Source of the DNA: Histomonas meleagridis 2922-C6/04-290x
Lineage: Eukaryota > Protista > Parabasalia
NCBI GenBank assembly: GCA_020184695.1
Contig: JAANOX010000027.1
Span: 1-57,046 of the forward strand
Length of the DNA stretch: 57,046 bases
Reading direction: 5' to 3'
Shown here: positions 42,652-55,611 of the stretch, one piece after another
Position numbering within the stretch: the first letter of the stretch is position 1
Layout: the number at the start of each line of letters is the position of its first letter
Notes under the pieces: model-generated
Database searches by the model: none
Told to the model about the DNA's origin: nothing
Seen by the model: the letters and a program-made list of their open reading frames with translations, nothing else
Translations under genes and position numbers: made by a program

Positions 42652-43830
42652 ATGGGTATTATCATGGTCAATGTCCTTCTTTTTGTTATGTTTTTTTGTT
42701 TTTCCATATTTTTATTATTTATTTCCAAGAGAAATGTTATCCATAAGATTGAATCAAACATGACACGTGTTAAAAGTAATGGTTTCCTACTTGCTATATC
42801 AAATGTATTTCCGAATTACCAAATATCTATTAAAGGCGATGCAATAATCACATTCAGTACTTTGAATGAAAGCAATTTAAGTGAATCATTTGCATACTTC
42901 TCTTTTACTGCAGCAAATAAATATTATTCATTATACAAAGTCAAACTCAATAATGATCATATTCAGATTTTTAATTGGATAGATTTTAAAAACATGCAAA
43001 CAATTAATATAACTTTCTTTAGCACAGGATGTAATTATGAAATTCAGAATATAAAAATTATTTTGTATTATCATGGATCAAATTCTAGAAGTTTCCAAAT
43101 TTATTTCCAGTTTTTCAGCGTTATATTTTTATTCATTGTTTTTATAATTTTCATGATAAAAGTAATAAAAGAAGCAGAGTTCAAAAGGCATCAAATTGTT
43201 TCATCGTTAATGAGTTTATTTTATATTATTTCGAATTTTCCAATAAAATTTTTTTTACAAAATGATAAAATCGAATTAACGCAAACAATTATGAACATTT
43301 TACTCGAAGGATTTTATTATTTTTCACATATAATAACATTCTATTTATTGAGAAAATCATTTGGGTTTTTATTAACATTACTATTTAGTTATATTTCGAT
43401 TTTTTCCATTGTGAATGATTTGATTCCATATGTCTTATTAATAGTTAAAAGGTTTTCATACAAATTTGCGGACGAAAATTATGTTCTTTCATTTTTTATG
43501 AGAGTTTCGGCTATATTTGAGTGTTCATTTATTATATTTCAAATTATAATTTTTATGAAATTATTTTTTGATGTTATTTTAAATAGCAAAAACATGAATA
43601 AAAAAATGGAAACAACTTATAAAATTAATATAATGTTTTGTTTGGCACAATTAATTATTTCGAATATGTTAAAAAAGTATAATTTTAGTGTATTTATTCA
43701 GAAAATCGCTTTAATGATATTTATAACAATGCAATTAATAATAAATTTCCCAGTAATTAAAACAGAATCTGATAAAGATACCGATTTTTTAATTAGCGAT
43801 AAATCGAGTGATTCATCTGATCAATACTAA
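42652..43830 (+). CDS. Hypothetical multi-pass membrane protein
   Basis: Likely ATG at 42652. N-terminal TM, a luminal domain, then about 6 hydrophobic segments. Divergent from the RING gene. Confidence 0.7.
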   Translation: MGIIMVNVLLFVMFFCFSIFLLFISKRNVIHKIESNMTRVKSNGFLLAISNVFPNYQISIKGDAIITFSTLNESNLSESFAYFSFTAANKYYSLYKVKLNNDHIQIFNWIDFKNMQTINITFFSTGCNYEIQNIKIILYYHGSNSRSFQIYFQFFSVIFLFIVFIIFMIKVIKEAEFKRHQIVSSLMSLFYIISNFPIKFFLQNDKIELTQTIMNILLEGFYYFSHIITFYLLRKSFGFLLTLLFSYISIFSIVNDLIPYVLLIVKRFSYKFADENYVLSFFMRVSAIFECSFIIFQIIIFMKLFFDVILNSKNMNKKMETTYKINIMFCLAQLIISNMLKKYNFSVFIQKIALMIFITMQLIINFPVIKTESDKDTDFLISDKSSDSSDQY

Positions 43831-44787
43831 AATCAACAAGAAGCAGATTTGTAAACTTCAGAAATTATATGCATTATTCAAAATTGTGATGTTTACTCAA
43901 CACGAAAATGGAGTGAATGCCAATCAAGAAAAACAATAATTTTGGTTATCGCATATAATTTATCTTTTTTTCATGAATAACATTCTTTTATAAAGTGATG
44001 TTTCTATTCTATGATTAATATTAAAATTTGTAATATCATTTTTTGAAGATTTACCATTTCATCTTTTCGAATTTTTTTGGATTTTCATTCTGACCAATTT
44101 TTTTTAGTATGTTTCTTATGGAACTCTTAAGATATTTTTGAAAGTTTTTATATTTTTAAGAAATATTCATGTAGATGAATTTCAAATTGATAGCCGGGCT
44201 CAAAAAGTTATTTCGGTTAACGGCTGATATCAGCTTCGTTAACTCCTGTTTTCTGTATTTTGTAACACGTGACCAATAGAAAATCTAATTAATCACTTTT
44301 TGATATACAATGCTTAATATTTTGTCATTTCACCTCATGTTTGACAGGAACGGTTCCTCTGAAATTTAAATCAGATAATTCAGGAGTTTACAACACATCA
44401 CTTTTTCATCGTTTTCCAAATAATAAACTTTATCTTAATGTATAATTTAGATATATCAAAACCAATGTTATTTTTCTTTGGCAATATAATATTGATGATA
44501 TTGTAGCATTTTTAACATGAAATATTTTACTCTTCCGTGGATCACTTCATATTTATGCGATCAAACCCATTTACCAATTGATGTTGTCTTCTCACATTGT
44601 TTTTTGCTTCATTCTGACACTTTTTAATTGTAAAAAGGTTTAAAAAAGACGATACAATGCGTTCCACGCGTTCCATTTAAGTTTTACAAGCCATATTCAA
44701 GCAAATGGACATTAGCGCAAGCGGTTAGAAAGTGCGCTTCCTTTTTAAGTGATTTATTTAAAACTTTTCCACAAGTTTTTCGACCAA

Positions 44788-45975
44788 ATGCTTCGTTTCA
44801 TGTTGATTTATACAATTTATTTCGTTAACACATTCCAAATTTTTAGCAGTGACGTTAGTTCAAACTTTTTTGAAGATCAATTATTAATTGTTCAAACACA
44901 CAAAAATAAAAACTTACTTACATTTTCATTAAAAATTACTTCTACAACTCATCAACTTGGCAAAACAGTTGTATACCACAAAATTCTAATCAATTTTTTT
45001 TTACTTTTTCAATTTTTTTCCAACAGAATTTTTTCACCTCAAAATAATTCAATATATTCTAATTATGAAGAAGATGGTATTGTTTATGATAAAGATATCA
45101 GACAATTATAATATATCCGCCAGGTAAAATAAATAAATCATATTCATTACCAAAATCAATTTGTAATATTTCAGGATATTCATTTTCAAGATGTAATCAA
45201 ATCGAAAATATTATACTTGATGAAAATGTTCGATATATATTTAATTATTCGATTATTAATTGTTATAATATAAAATGTCTTTATTATTTAGGAGAATTTT
45301 CACCTAATATTGAAATTAAATCATTTATTGATGTTTCTACTAATTTTATTATTGTTCCATTAATATATTTAAAGGATTCAATGAAGAATGTCAATTCTTA
45401 AAAATATTCACATTTTCATCATCGAATACATATACAAAATCAAAATCATTTTCTAATTCGAATACATTTACGAAATCATATTTAATTAATTCATCATTAA
45501 CATTAATGAGTACTTTAACATATTTATATTCGATTACACAAACAATTTCATTTTATAATACACAAATAAATTCATTTACATTTTCTTTATTTAATTTAAC
45601 ACACACATTCATCGAAACACAATTTTTTTATTACGATTATACTATCATTGGTTATTCGACAAATTACAGTATTTATTCATACTTTTTCACATTTTTTTAT
45701 ACAAATGAAATTCAAAGAAACGAAAATCAAAATGTTGTTATCATTACTTTTTGCTCAATAATTGCTGCTATTATTGTTATATCTTTGCTTGTCATTTTAC
45801 TCATTAAGATCAAGAATAAGAAACATCTAAGTGACGAATAAGAAGAAGAAAATTATGAGCAAAGTAATTACGAAGTACAAAGCTCATTTCAGGATAATAA
45901 TTTATCATTAATTAATATGCAAGAAGATCCATTCGTTGATGATTTTAAAGAAGAGAAATTTATAAATAAATTTAG
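44788..45975 (+). pseudogene. BspA-like remnant, copy C (more divergent, multiple frameshifts)
   Basis: Signal-like start; YSNYEEDGIVYDKD, homologous to A/B YSNYENDGVLYDKE; CLYYLGEFSP; SNT stalk; TM VVIITFCSIIAAIIVISLLVILLI; tail QEDPFVDDFKEE. Confidence 0.75.
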
Positions 45976-46357
45976 GATATTAGTTAAATATTTTTTTTTA
46001 TCTGCAATAACAGCATTGTTATAAATTTAGATCTAATGAATATGATGAATGTGTCTAAGAATAAAATTTAAGTGAATGAAAATATTGTTGGAATTTTATT
46101 TAAATTATTTTTCGCCTTTATAAAAAAAAACACTTTTAACTTATTCAATAAGAACTTTTGGAATCCTTTAGATGGTACTTTAAAAAATTAGTTTTGATTG
46201 ATAATGATGTATTTAAATACAAACAATGTTATAGTTTCTGTGTAATGATGTTGTTTTAAATGTTTAATTTTTTTCTCCGAATTTGACTGAGTTTGTCGTC
46301 ATTTATAACTTCACAAACTATCGTCCTGTTTTTTCTTTAGAAAATCCAAAAGTGACA

Positions 46358-49300
46358 ATGTCATACTCACAGAAATGTCACTTTTATAGAAAAGTTGGAA
46401 TGAAAAAAATCGTAAATATAATCCACCAGAAAGAATTCAATGAATACTTCATTCCTGTAATAAAGTATTACTTATTACCTTATGAATTTCATGAATCGAA
46501 AATCAAGCATTTAGATCCTATTATTCAGGCTTCATTAACTTTAATGAAGTTTCCTAAACTTGATGCCAAGGAAGTCATTTCAATTTTAAACAAATGTACT
46601 TCAAATGAAAGTGTTTCAAACTCGTTATCAGTTTATTTCCAATTCAACAAAATCGATTTTGTTAATGCTTTTGTTTTAGCTAAAAGTGCGTCTGAATATC
46701 CTGGTAAAAATGCTAATGAAAATCTTGTTACAATTTCATTATTCCGATGTTTTATTGCGTTTTCATTCCGACTTAAATCACTTATAACATCCACTTTAAA
46801 CAACGAAGAAATTCCAGATTTTCCACGTCAATGTTGGGAAATATCGCATTTTATCATTGCCTATCTTATGAATCTTCGCGGTGAATATTTTAATGATTTT
46901 ATTCAAATTTCTGAACTTTTTATCTCATCCATTTCCAATGTCAAAACCATTCTTAACCTCGAAAAAGACAATCCCTTACGACAATTTTTGCTTACTGTTA
47001 TTTTTGCTGTCATACCACATTGTCAATATCAAGTTTATCTTGATTTTGCGATTCGAGCTTTTACTGCATGGTCTGACCCACGAGATGGAGATGAGTTTTT
47101 AGTTTATTCGCATATGTTTGTCAAAAGTTTAATTCCTATAATTGAAACACTTGATCAAAAACATTTTTATCAAATATGTATATTAATTATATCATTTTTA
47201 TCCAAAATCACCAAATATTCGCCCACTTTTTCCGATCGATTCTTTCAATTTGGTATTGATTGTTTTGAGCTAATGATTAATCATATGAATGAAATTGAAG
47301 AAAAAGTATTTATACCATTTTCATTAAATTTTGTTGTGTTTACTGTTTGGTTAATGAAGACTATTAATTTAGAAGAATGTATTCCACCATTACCTAAGTT
47401 AAATGAGTTAGAAATCAATTTACATTTTTGTACTAAAGAAGAATATTTTGAGAATTCTCCGAAAATGCCAATAATCAAATCATTATTATTTGATAATTCA
47501 TATGTTGAATCATTTGTTACACAGTTTAAGTTATTTTTAACTGTTAACACGCAATATCATTGTACTATATTTGAACAATTTTTAAATATGTCAAATCATA
47601 CTGAGAAAGAACAAATTTTAATCATTTGTATGTTATTTAATTCATTATTATTAATCCCGAAAATTGAAATATGTCCACAATTAAAACAATTATTATCATT
47701 ACATTATGATAATTCTGAATTACAACCTTATTTCTATTGTTTAATGATGAGATTATTTTATAATTTATTGACGGATTCATTACAATATGCGAATTTTATA
47801 TGTGAAAGTGTTTTTGATCAAATCCAAACTACAAAAGATTTATATTATTTCTTACCATTTTTACGTAATGGTATTTCTGATAATAAAACATCAGAATATA
47901 TCATTGATTATATCATTAAGAATGAGATCTATAATAAAATACAAAAATATAATGAAGTTTATGATGATCATTCTATCCAATTTTATCAAATCATTTGTAT
48001 TATATCACCACGGAAAATGTTTTCATCAAGTTTCTTACCTTATTTAACAAATTTAACATTAAGAGAACGATATCATAAAACATTTATTCGATGTTATGAA
48101 ATTGGGTTAAATTCATTAGAAAAATATCCACTTAAATTAGTACCATTAATTAAGAACATGTTAAATATTATGAATCATTCTAAAGATTGTGAATATTTAA
48201 GAGAACCATCGACTGATTTAATATTTTATTTATTATGTCAAACACCTAATTTAACTAAAGAAGTCATTGAAAATTTACCATCCGATTTTGATAAAATTGG
48301 TTTAATTCCTTATTATACTAATGATTATTTAACTTATATATATTTAACACAATTTCTTTCCAATTTATATCAAAGTTTTCCAATCGAAATGAAACGATTT
48401 TCAAATTCAAACTTATTCCAAAACCTAAAGGAATCATTTTTATTCCCTGATAATGAAGCAGTTGTTGAATCGATTATTAACTTTGTCTTAAATAAAAGTT
48501 CTGATAATGATTACGCTACTGATGGTACAATCCAAAATCGACAAGCATTAATATTATTACTTGATATTAAAGTCGAAGATCATATTCAAAAACATATAAT
48601 TAAATGTTTATGTAATTTATGTAATCAATGTTCAATTAATTCATTCGAATGTTATATGGCTGATGCAATTGGATTTCTTTTGAAGTTAATTTCAAATGAT
48701 TTGTTTTTCGAAGATTGTTTAAAGTTATATAAAACTATTTCGAGTGAGTTCTTTTCGAATTATTCATTACAACAAACTTTTCGGATATTAAAACCAGATG
48801 AAAAAGGTTTAATTTATTTATATAATATAAAAATTATTGAAACGTTAAATGAATTAATTGAAAATAAAACATCAAATATTAAAATTAATTCATATTTCCA
48901 TTTTAATGGTGATGATTCAGGTATTAAAGGTATTAATGTTGATAATCAAACATTTCATAATTCAAGTGCATTCTTTTATTTTCGGAAAGAGAAATTAGGA
49001 AATAATATTTCCCCAATTATGGAAATTAAAGTTAATGAAACTATTTTCCAAATATTTTTAGTTAATGATGAATTATATTTTGGGTTATCAACTAAAAATA
49101 AAAAATTAATAAAGAAAATTAAACAAAATGAATGGACACCATTAACATTAAATATTAAACATTCGAAGATTTATTTTGATAATAATACTGAAGAATTTGC
49201 TTCAATTAAATTAGAATATTTAAGTTCAGTTAAGTTATCATTTGGTTGTTCTTCAAATAATTCATTTAATGGTGACATTAGTTGTATTTCATTATATAAA

Positions 49301-52300
49301 GGTATTGATATTAAGAAAAGTAATTCATTATATATGCAAATATCTCCTTCGACAATTGATCAATTTGAATTTAAAGGGAAAACAGTACCAATATATAATG
49401 TTATACAAAATGTCATGAAAAATGAAGGTATATATAATTATGTATTACCATTATTCTTATTATTAAATCATACAAAAGAAAATCATGAATTATTATTTAA
49501 TTCATTATTAAAATTACTGAAAAATTTGTTTAAACTTTCGGAAAATTTACAAATTTTATTCGATAAAAGTGGATGTGTACAATTAATCATTGATTTCTTT
49601 TATCATATTAAATCAAATTGTTTTAATAAATCAGTGTTAAGTTCACTTAAAGAATTATTCGATACAATACAATATCAAGAATTAAAGAAACAATTTGTTC
49701 AATATATTTGGTTAAACTTTGATTTATTTCATCAATTTCCAATTGACACGCAAATTTATTATTTCAAATCGATATTAACAAATATTATTAAAGAAAATCA
49801 AAATTTCTTTAAATTAGATTCATTAGATCAATTATTATATCAAGTTCAAAACAATGAAATTATTACTGAACCATTAATGAGTTTTCCTAATTCGATATTA
49901 AATGAAACCGAAAACAAAATTGAAGTTAATGATAATGAAGATAAACGAAAAGAATTAAATTATGTTCAATGGTCCATTTTAAGACAAATAAGTGAAAGTT
50001 GTACACAAACATCAATATTAATTACATTAATGAATATAATTTGTAATCATTCAGATAATGAAATACGAATTTTAGCAGCACAATTATTTGAACATATATG
50101 TGAAACTAATAAAACTACAGTATCTGCATTTTTATCAATCCATAAATTATCAGATATAATCAACATGTTAGAAACTAATAATCAATCGATTCAAATCCAT
50201 TGTTTAATTATTCTTTATTTATTAAGTAAGTTCCAACGTAATGGTTTAATCGAAGCAATTCTTGAATATATACATTATATTAAAGAAGCACCTTCATTAA
50301 ATTTAATATATACAACATATTCAATTATGTATGATTCATTAAATAAATATACAGAAAAAATAGAAAATGTACAATATCCCGAATTCTTACCATTGTTTTC
50401 TTATATGTCTTATTTGTTTGGCCTTAATGATGAACAAGTAATTCAATATTCGAAACGAATCGAATTTGATTTCATCGAATTTACTGGGAATTATGATAAA
50501 TTCTTTCATATTTCTTCATGGCCTTATTTTATATTATTGTTCTTTAGTTGTCAAGCACAAAGTTTAACAACAGAAACTTATGTTCATGAATTAACACGAA
50601 TTATTTTTTATTTTGATGAAAAAAATGATGAGAAAAACATTTTACATTTGATTAATTTCATGCAAAGTTTATTCTTAGTTAGTCCTTATAATTATCAACA
50701 ATTAATTGATGATATCTTTTTAAATATTATTGAGTTAAAGCCTACTCCATTAATAATGCGTTTATATTTACAAAACTTATTTTATCAAATTGATTCTGAT
50801 AATATTAATTGTACTTCATTATTAACACCGAAAATGATATTTGAATATAAAGATCAAAATATACTTGAAACTGAATTAAAGTTTAAAAATAGGAATATAT
50901 CATTAACGATATTACCAGGTGCATTATTAAACTTATTAATGAATAATAATGTTATTAGTATTAATCAAGATCAAGAAATCAAAATAACGAATGGAATCAA
51001 AAGTAATATTTCACGGATTAATCAAATGTTAATGAATAATGACATTGATTTATTAAATGAAATTATTGGATATGTAAATACATATCAAAATGAAATGTTA
51101 CCAATATATATAGAAAACATTGAAAACATTTCGAATTATTTCACAATGAAAACTAATAAATCAAGTCTTCCAACATTAAATGGATTAGAAATGTTTACAA
51201 ATGTCGCAAGATTACAAAATAATTTGTCGAAAAAACATAACCATAAATTATCTATTTCATTCTTAAGAGATTTATCAGTGAATGGAGGATTTTGGTGGAA
51301 TCAAAATGAATCAATTAAATGGAAGGCTTCTACAAGAATTGATTCTTATGGTCATAACTTTATCATGAAAATTAATCGTAACTTCGATCAACATCTTAAA
51401 GCTTCTGCATTACGTGATTCAACTGATTTTTCAAATACAAATGAAACAGAACAAATTATTTCATTCAAACGTTTACTCGATAAAAATCAATTAAATGTTT
51501 CGACAATTAATAATTTACCTAAATCTAAATCAGGGATTTCATTCCGTTGCGTTTATCGAACTTTAACTTTCCAATATGAAGGTTCGATTAGAGTTACTTC
51601 CGATTTAATCATTTTCGATGGTGTTAAATCAGCTGATAGCTTTTGTACGCCTATAAATAATGATCGAAAAGAAACAAAATATTTCGAATTAAAAACAAAT
51701 CAAATAGATTTTGTTTTTATTCGAAATTATCTTCATGAAGATGTTGCATGTGAAATATTTACTTATACAAATCAATCATATTTATTTAACTTTGTTTCTG
51801 CGTCTAAAAGAATTGAATTCTTTAATTCAATCAAACAAACTAAGTCAAAAACAAAATCTAAGAACTTTTTCATGAGGTCCTTACAAAAAGCTTGTAATGG
51901 CATAGTTCAAACTTTACCTTCTTCAGAACTCATCAAGAAAATCAAGTTGACTGAAATTTGGAAGACAGGAAAAATTAGTAACTTCTCTTATTTGTTTTGT
52001 TTAAATACTTTAGCAGGTAGAAGCTTACATGATGTTAGTCAATACCCTGTTTATCCTTGGATAATCAAAGATTATTTGTCAGAAAAAGTGGACTTAAATA
52101 ACCCAGAAATTTACAGAGATTTATCCAAGCCGATAGGAACGTTAAACAAACCAAGACTTGAAGGAATCATTGAAAATTTGAAAGAATTGGATGACCCCAG
52201 TGAACGATGCCTCTATCGTACCCACTTTTCAAGCGCGGCGACCGTTATCGGCTATTTAATAAGACTTGAACCGTTTTCTACAATGCATATTAAATTACAA

Positions 52301-53659
52301 GATGGTAAATATGATGCAGCTGATCGAATCTTTCATTCGATTTATTCGGCTTGGGATTCAGTCACCTCTGAAATTCCTGACTTTAGAGAGTTAATTCCCG
52401 AATTCTTTTGTCAACCTCATTTTTTATCTAATGAAAATCAATTTGATCTTGGCTCGAGACATAATGGTAGACGTGTATCAGATGTAGAATTACCAAATTG
52501 GAGTAAAACGCCACACACATTCATACAAATACATCGGCAAGCATTAGAAAGTGAATATGTTAAATCGCATTTACATTTATGGATCGACTTAATTTTCGGT
52601 TATGCACAAAATTCATTTGAACATAAGAACGTATTCCATCCATTCTCTTATTCTAGTTGTATTACCCCCGAATTATTAAATGATCCAGCCAAATATATTT
52701 TAGCGAAACATTATTGCTTAAACTTTGGGGTCACCCCGTTTCAGTTATTTGGGGCACCCCATCCTCAACATGACCCGCCCCAGTCTATCGTTTCACATTT
52801 CAATTATAATTCAATTGTCATTCCTAATTGTAATATATTATATTTTTCAAATCAAATATTAATCAATGATTCATCAAGTGTCTATAACTTAATTCAAAAG
52901 TATGAACCACCAATACAATTAACAATACATTTAACAAATGGGATGAAAGTACATGTCGGAAATAATCGGTTAATAATGTTACAAAAAGATGGGGCAACAG
53001 CGACAATATATAACATTCTAAACTCTATCATTGTTGGCGAAATATTCATTGAAGCAATGATCTTTTGTTTGGAGCTATTTAACGACATGATATTTATTGG
53101 CGGGAGCGACTGCATGATCTATGTGTACTCATTAAATGATGTTAAACTTATTGAGAAAATTGTATATCATTCTTCGCCAATCATATCATTAAGTTATAAT
53201 CCTTCTTTAGATTTAATGGTATCAATTGATGATCATCATAATGTGTTTATGAGTTCGATAATTGCGCATAAGTTTATATATTCATTTAACTTGAATTGTA
53301 ATGTGAAAGATAACCATTACATTAATATAATGGAAATCGGTATTATTATAATTTCGTCTGGTTCGACAATTAAATTCTTCGATTTGTGCGGAGAAGAATT
53401 GAAAACTTTCGACTTCAAGTCAAAAATTCATTGCGTCAAATCTTTGGTTAATAAAAATAATAAGGGATTCTGCGTGGTGACGGCGGAGGACGAAATCGGT
53501 GCAAAACTTTCAGTAATCGATTGTACTGACTTCGAAATGACATTGGAATATAAGGATAAGTTCTTGGTCGATTTCGTCGATTTGTTGCCAAAGCCACAAT
53601 GCGCTGTGGTGATCGAGAAAAATGAGGATAACATTGCGTTCAAAATGATAGAGTTTTGA
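46358..53659 (+). CDS. BEACH-domain protein (ARM-like / ConA-like / PH-BEACH-WD40)
   Basis: ISNFSYLFCLNTLAGRSLHDVSQYPVYPW, YRDLSKPIG, YRTHFS, RELIPEFF, HLWIDLIFGY, FGVTPFQLF..PHP, then WD-like repeats. First in-frame ATG is 46358. Confidence 0.93.
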   Translation: MSYSQKCHFYRKVGMKKIVNIIHQKEFNEYFIPVIKYYLLPYEFHESKIKHLDPIIQASLTLMKFPKLDAKEVISILNKCTSNESVSNSLSVYFQFNKIDFVNAFVLAKSASEYPGKNANENLVTISLFRCFIAFSFRLKSLITSTLNNEEIPDFPRQCWEISHFIIAYLMNLRGEYFNDFIQISELFISSISNVKTILNLEKDNPLRQFLLTVIFAVIPHCQYQVYLDFAIRAFTAWSDPRDGDEFLVYSHMFVKSLIPIIETLDQKHFYQICILIISFLSKITKYSPTFSDRFFQFGIDCFELMINHMNEIEEKVFIPFSLNFVVFTVWLMKTINLEECIPPLPKLNELEINLHFCTKEEYFENSPKMPIIKSLLFDNSYVESFVTQFKLFLTVNTQYHCTIFEQFLNMSNHTEKEQILIICMLFNSLLLIPKIEICPQLKQLLSLHYDNSELQPYFYCLMMRLFYNLLTDSLQYANFICESVFDQIQTTKDLYYFLPFLRNGISDNKTSEYIIDYIIKNEIYNKIQKYNEVYDDHSIQFYQIICIISPRKMFSSSFLPYLTNLTLRERYHKTFIRCYEIGLNSLEKYPLKLVPLIKNMLNIMNHSKDCEYLREPSTDLIFYLLCQTPNLTKEVIENLPSDFDKIGLIPYYTNDYLTYIYLTQFLSNLYQSFPIEMKRFSNSNLFQNLKESFLFPDNEAVVESIINFVLNKSSDNDYATDGTIQNRQALILLLDIKVEDHIQKHIIKCLCNLCNQCSINSFECYMADAIGFLLKLISNDLFFEDCLKLYKTISSEFFSNYSLQQTFRILKPDEKGLIYLYNIKIIETLNELIENKTSNIKINSYFHFNGDDSGIKGINVDNQTFHNSSAFFYFRKEKLGNNISPIMEIKVNETIFQIFLVNDELYFGLSTKNKKLIKKIKQNEWTPLTLNIKHSKIYFDNNTEEFASIKLEYLSSVKLSFGCSSNNSFNGDISCISLYKGIDIKKSNSLYMQISPSTIDQFEFKGKTVPIYNVIQNVMKNEGIYNYVLPLFLLLNHTKENHELLFNSLLKLLKNLFKLSENLQILFDKSGCVQLIIDFFYHIKSNCFNKSVLSSLKELFDTIQYQELKKQFVQYIWLNFDLFHQFPIDTQIYYFKSILTNIIKENQNFFKLDSLDQLLYQVQNNEIITEPLMSFPNSILNETENKIEVNDNEDKRKELNYVQWSILRQISESCTQTSILITLMNIICNHSDNEIRILAAQLFEHICETNKTTVSAFLSIHKLSDIINMLETNNQSIQIHCLIILYLLSKFQRNGLIEAILEYIHYIKEAPSLNLIYTTYSIMYDSLNKYTEKIENVQYPEFLPLFSYMSYLFGLNDEQVIQYSKRIEFDFIEFTGNYDKFFHISSWPYFILLFFSCQAQSLTTETYVHELTRIIFYFDEKNDEKNILHLINFMQSLFLVSPYNYQQLIDDIFLNIIELKPTPLIMRLYLQNLFYQIDSDNINCTSLLTPKMIFEYKDQNILETELKFKNRNISLTILPGALLNLLMNNNVISINQDQEIKITNGIKSNISRINQMLMNNDIDLLNEIIGYVNTYQNEMLPIYIENIENISNYFTMKTNKSSLPTLNGLEMFTNVARLQNNLSKKHNHKLSISFLRDLSVNGGFWWNQNESIKWKASTRIDSYGHNFIMKINRNFDQHLKASALRDSTDFSNTNETEQIISFKRLLDKNQLNVSTINNLPKSKSGISFRCVYRTLTFQYEGSIRVTSDLIIFDGVKSADSFCTPINNDRKETKYFELKTNQIDFVFIRNYLHEDVACEIFTYTNQSYLFNFVSASKRIEFFNSIKQTKSKTKSKNFFMRSLQKACNGIVQTLPSSELIKKIKLTEIWKTGKISNFSYLFCLNTLAGRSLHDVSQYPVYPWIIKDYLSEKVDLNNPEIYRDLSKPIGTLNKPRLEGIIENLKELDDPSERCLYRTHFSSAATVIGYLIRLEPFSTMHIKLQDGKYDAADRIFHSIYSAWDSVTSEIPDFRELIPEFFCQPHFLSNENQFDLGSRHNGRRVSDVELPNWSKTPHTFIQIHRQALESEYVKSHLHLWIDLIFGYAQNSFEHKNVFHPFSYSSCITPELLNDPAKYILAKHYCLNFGVTPFQLFGAPHPQHDPPQSIVSHFNYNSIVIPNCNILYFSNQILINDSSSVYNLIQKYEPPIQLTIHLTNGMKVHVGNNRLIMLQKDGATATIYNILNSIIVGEIFIEAMIFCLELFNDMIFIGGSDCMIYVYSLNDVKLIEKIVYHSSPIISLSYNPSLDLMVSIDDHHNVFMSSIIAHKFIYSFNLNCNVKDNHYINIMEIGIIIISSGSTIKFFDLCGEELKTFDFKSKIHCVKSLVNKNNKGFCVVTAEDEIGAKLSVIDCTDFEMTLEYKDKFLVDFVDLLPKPQCAVVIEKNEDNIAFKMIEF

Positions 53660-55573
53660 TATGTTTTTGATGGTAAATAAAGGATTTTGTTTATAATTTT
53701 GATACTTTTTTTAAATATTTACTTTTAGAGGGATTATTGAATTTGTAATAATTTGATTGATTTTATGATGATATATATATAGCGAAAAATTAAATAAAAA
53801 GTTATGATGATTTATTAAAACTCAAAATTATGCAATATTTGTTCAACAATAATTTTAGGTTAAGGATAGCAATGGTAGGAGATTACAAAAATACCCTAGT
53901 TTCCAAATTTCGACTGTATAATCTTTCGAAATTCGATCTGATTTCGACCATACTTTTTCTGGAATTTTGGATTATTTCCTATATAGTAATGTTGCATATT
54001 AGATGTGTTTATTTTCTGGACTATTATCCTTTATCATTTTTATTAAAAATTTTGAGAAAAAGTGAAAATATATGAAAAAATCAACTTATTCAATAATAAA
54101 TCGAGTGCAACTTTTTATATGAAGTGGCGGTGGTCTTTATGAATAAAAATATATGATTTGTTATTTAAAAAAATGTGGGTGTTTAATGAAAATATTTTTT
54201 GCATAAATTTTTATGAATGATTGAAATTTTAGTGAAGTGAAAAATATAATGTGAAGTGATTTTTTCTTAATGAATTTTTGAGTGTCTATTTCATGGTTGA
54301 AATTTCTTAAGTTAACTGATATCACCGCTATTGTTTCCTTAATATTATCATAATATTCATGCATACATTAGAGCATATTTTGCTTTGTTTTTGTATCACT
54401 TTTGGAAAATGGAATTTGGTGGTATTCAGAACAATTTACAAGAATATTTTTTGAAGTACTACATTATAACTTATTTTCAAATAAATTCTTTATATCAAAT
54501 ATTGTTTCTTCATTAATTAAGGGATATTTCCTATTTATCTTTAATCTTTGAGAATCTTCGATAAAACATATCTTATCCATTTATACTTTGGATTGTTGCT
54601 TTCCTCTGGGGTGATGGAGAAAAATGAATTTTTGAGCATATATGATCTGGGTTTATAGGTTGAATGTAATGAACAAAGGCATAATTTTCTATTTGATTTT
54701 AATTTATCATACAAAAATTCATCCATTGTTGTGCATTTTTGCAGAAATATTGATAAAAATTTTCAATATTTTGTGAGACTTCTTTTTTAAATCCAATAAT
54801 TTCATAATCTTTTTAAATCAATATCTTCATTTCTCACTATATTTGGAACACATTCGACACTTTTAGCTTCATAAAGTCGTCAAAAAAAATGTGCTTGTCT
54901 TTCTGCTTTGATACGATTTTGTCTTTCTCTCTCTAAATTCAAGGCTTGTCTTGATTTTTCATTATAAAAAATATAAATTATGTAAACGATAAATTTTCTT
55001 AGAATTTCAATGGCATCTAATGAAATACAACTAAATGCATTCGAATCAGTGATGTTCTGTGAAGTATTCAATTTATTTTTTTAAAGAAACATTAAAAAAA
55101 AATTGCACATAAAAAAAATTTACTCCAAATTATCAGCCAGGCCTGATTAAATATAAATTAATTTTAAACTTTATAGTTAGTCGGGTCCCATTATAAAATT
55201 ATTGCAGAATTTTTTATTATCATCAAAAAAATGAGACAAAAGTATCCATTTCTTTTTAAAAAAATTCAAAAAATATCATCTTCGATCAAAAATGTATATA
55301 ATTAAAAAACCATATATGTGGAAAGAAAGCAAATTGATCATAAATTATTTTACACATATAAAATTCACGATGTTTTTATTTCTGACATTATTTTCAAATT
55401 ATTATTTTGAATAATTAAGGTTAATTTTCTACAAGCGATACATTCGTGAAACAAAATGAAACATTTTTAATTAAAAAAATTTTTATTTAAAATCATCATC
55501 ACATAAGGAAAAAAAATAAACTGATTTTTTAAAACTTTTTGATATTCAAAATATAAATATTTTAATAAATAAT

Positions 55574-55578
<5 letters not shown>

Positions 55579-55608
<30 letters not shown>
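55579..55608. repeat. (AT)15 microsatellite next to the putative transposon left end
   Basis: ATATAT...AC is followed directly by CCTGATGTCTTTCC. Confidence 0.9.

Positions 55609-55611
<3 letters not shown>

Noticed and set aside
44714-44738. AGCGCA...TGCGCT hairpin upstream of BspA copy C, echoing the one at 15490-15523 upstream of copy A
   Set aside because: Only 6 bp shared, different spacing (13 versus 22 nt) and absent upstream of copy B.
2517-53643. Numerous short antisense or alternate-frame ORFs overlapping real genes (e.g. 5043-5285, 13250-13825, 35882-36217, 42282-42761)
   Set aside because: Shadows of the identified genes, with no independent motifs.
54500-55080. Short minus-strand ORFs (61-63 aa)
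   Set aside because: Fragmentary, without recognisable motifs; probably decayed sequence.
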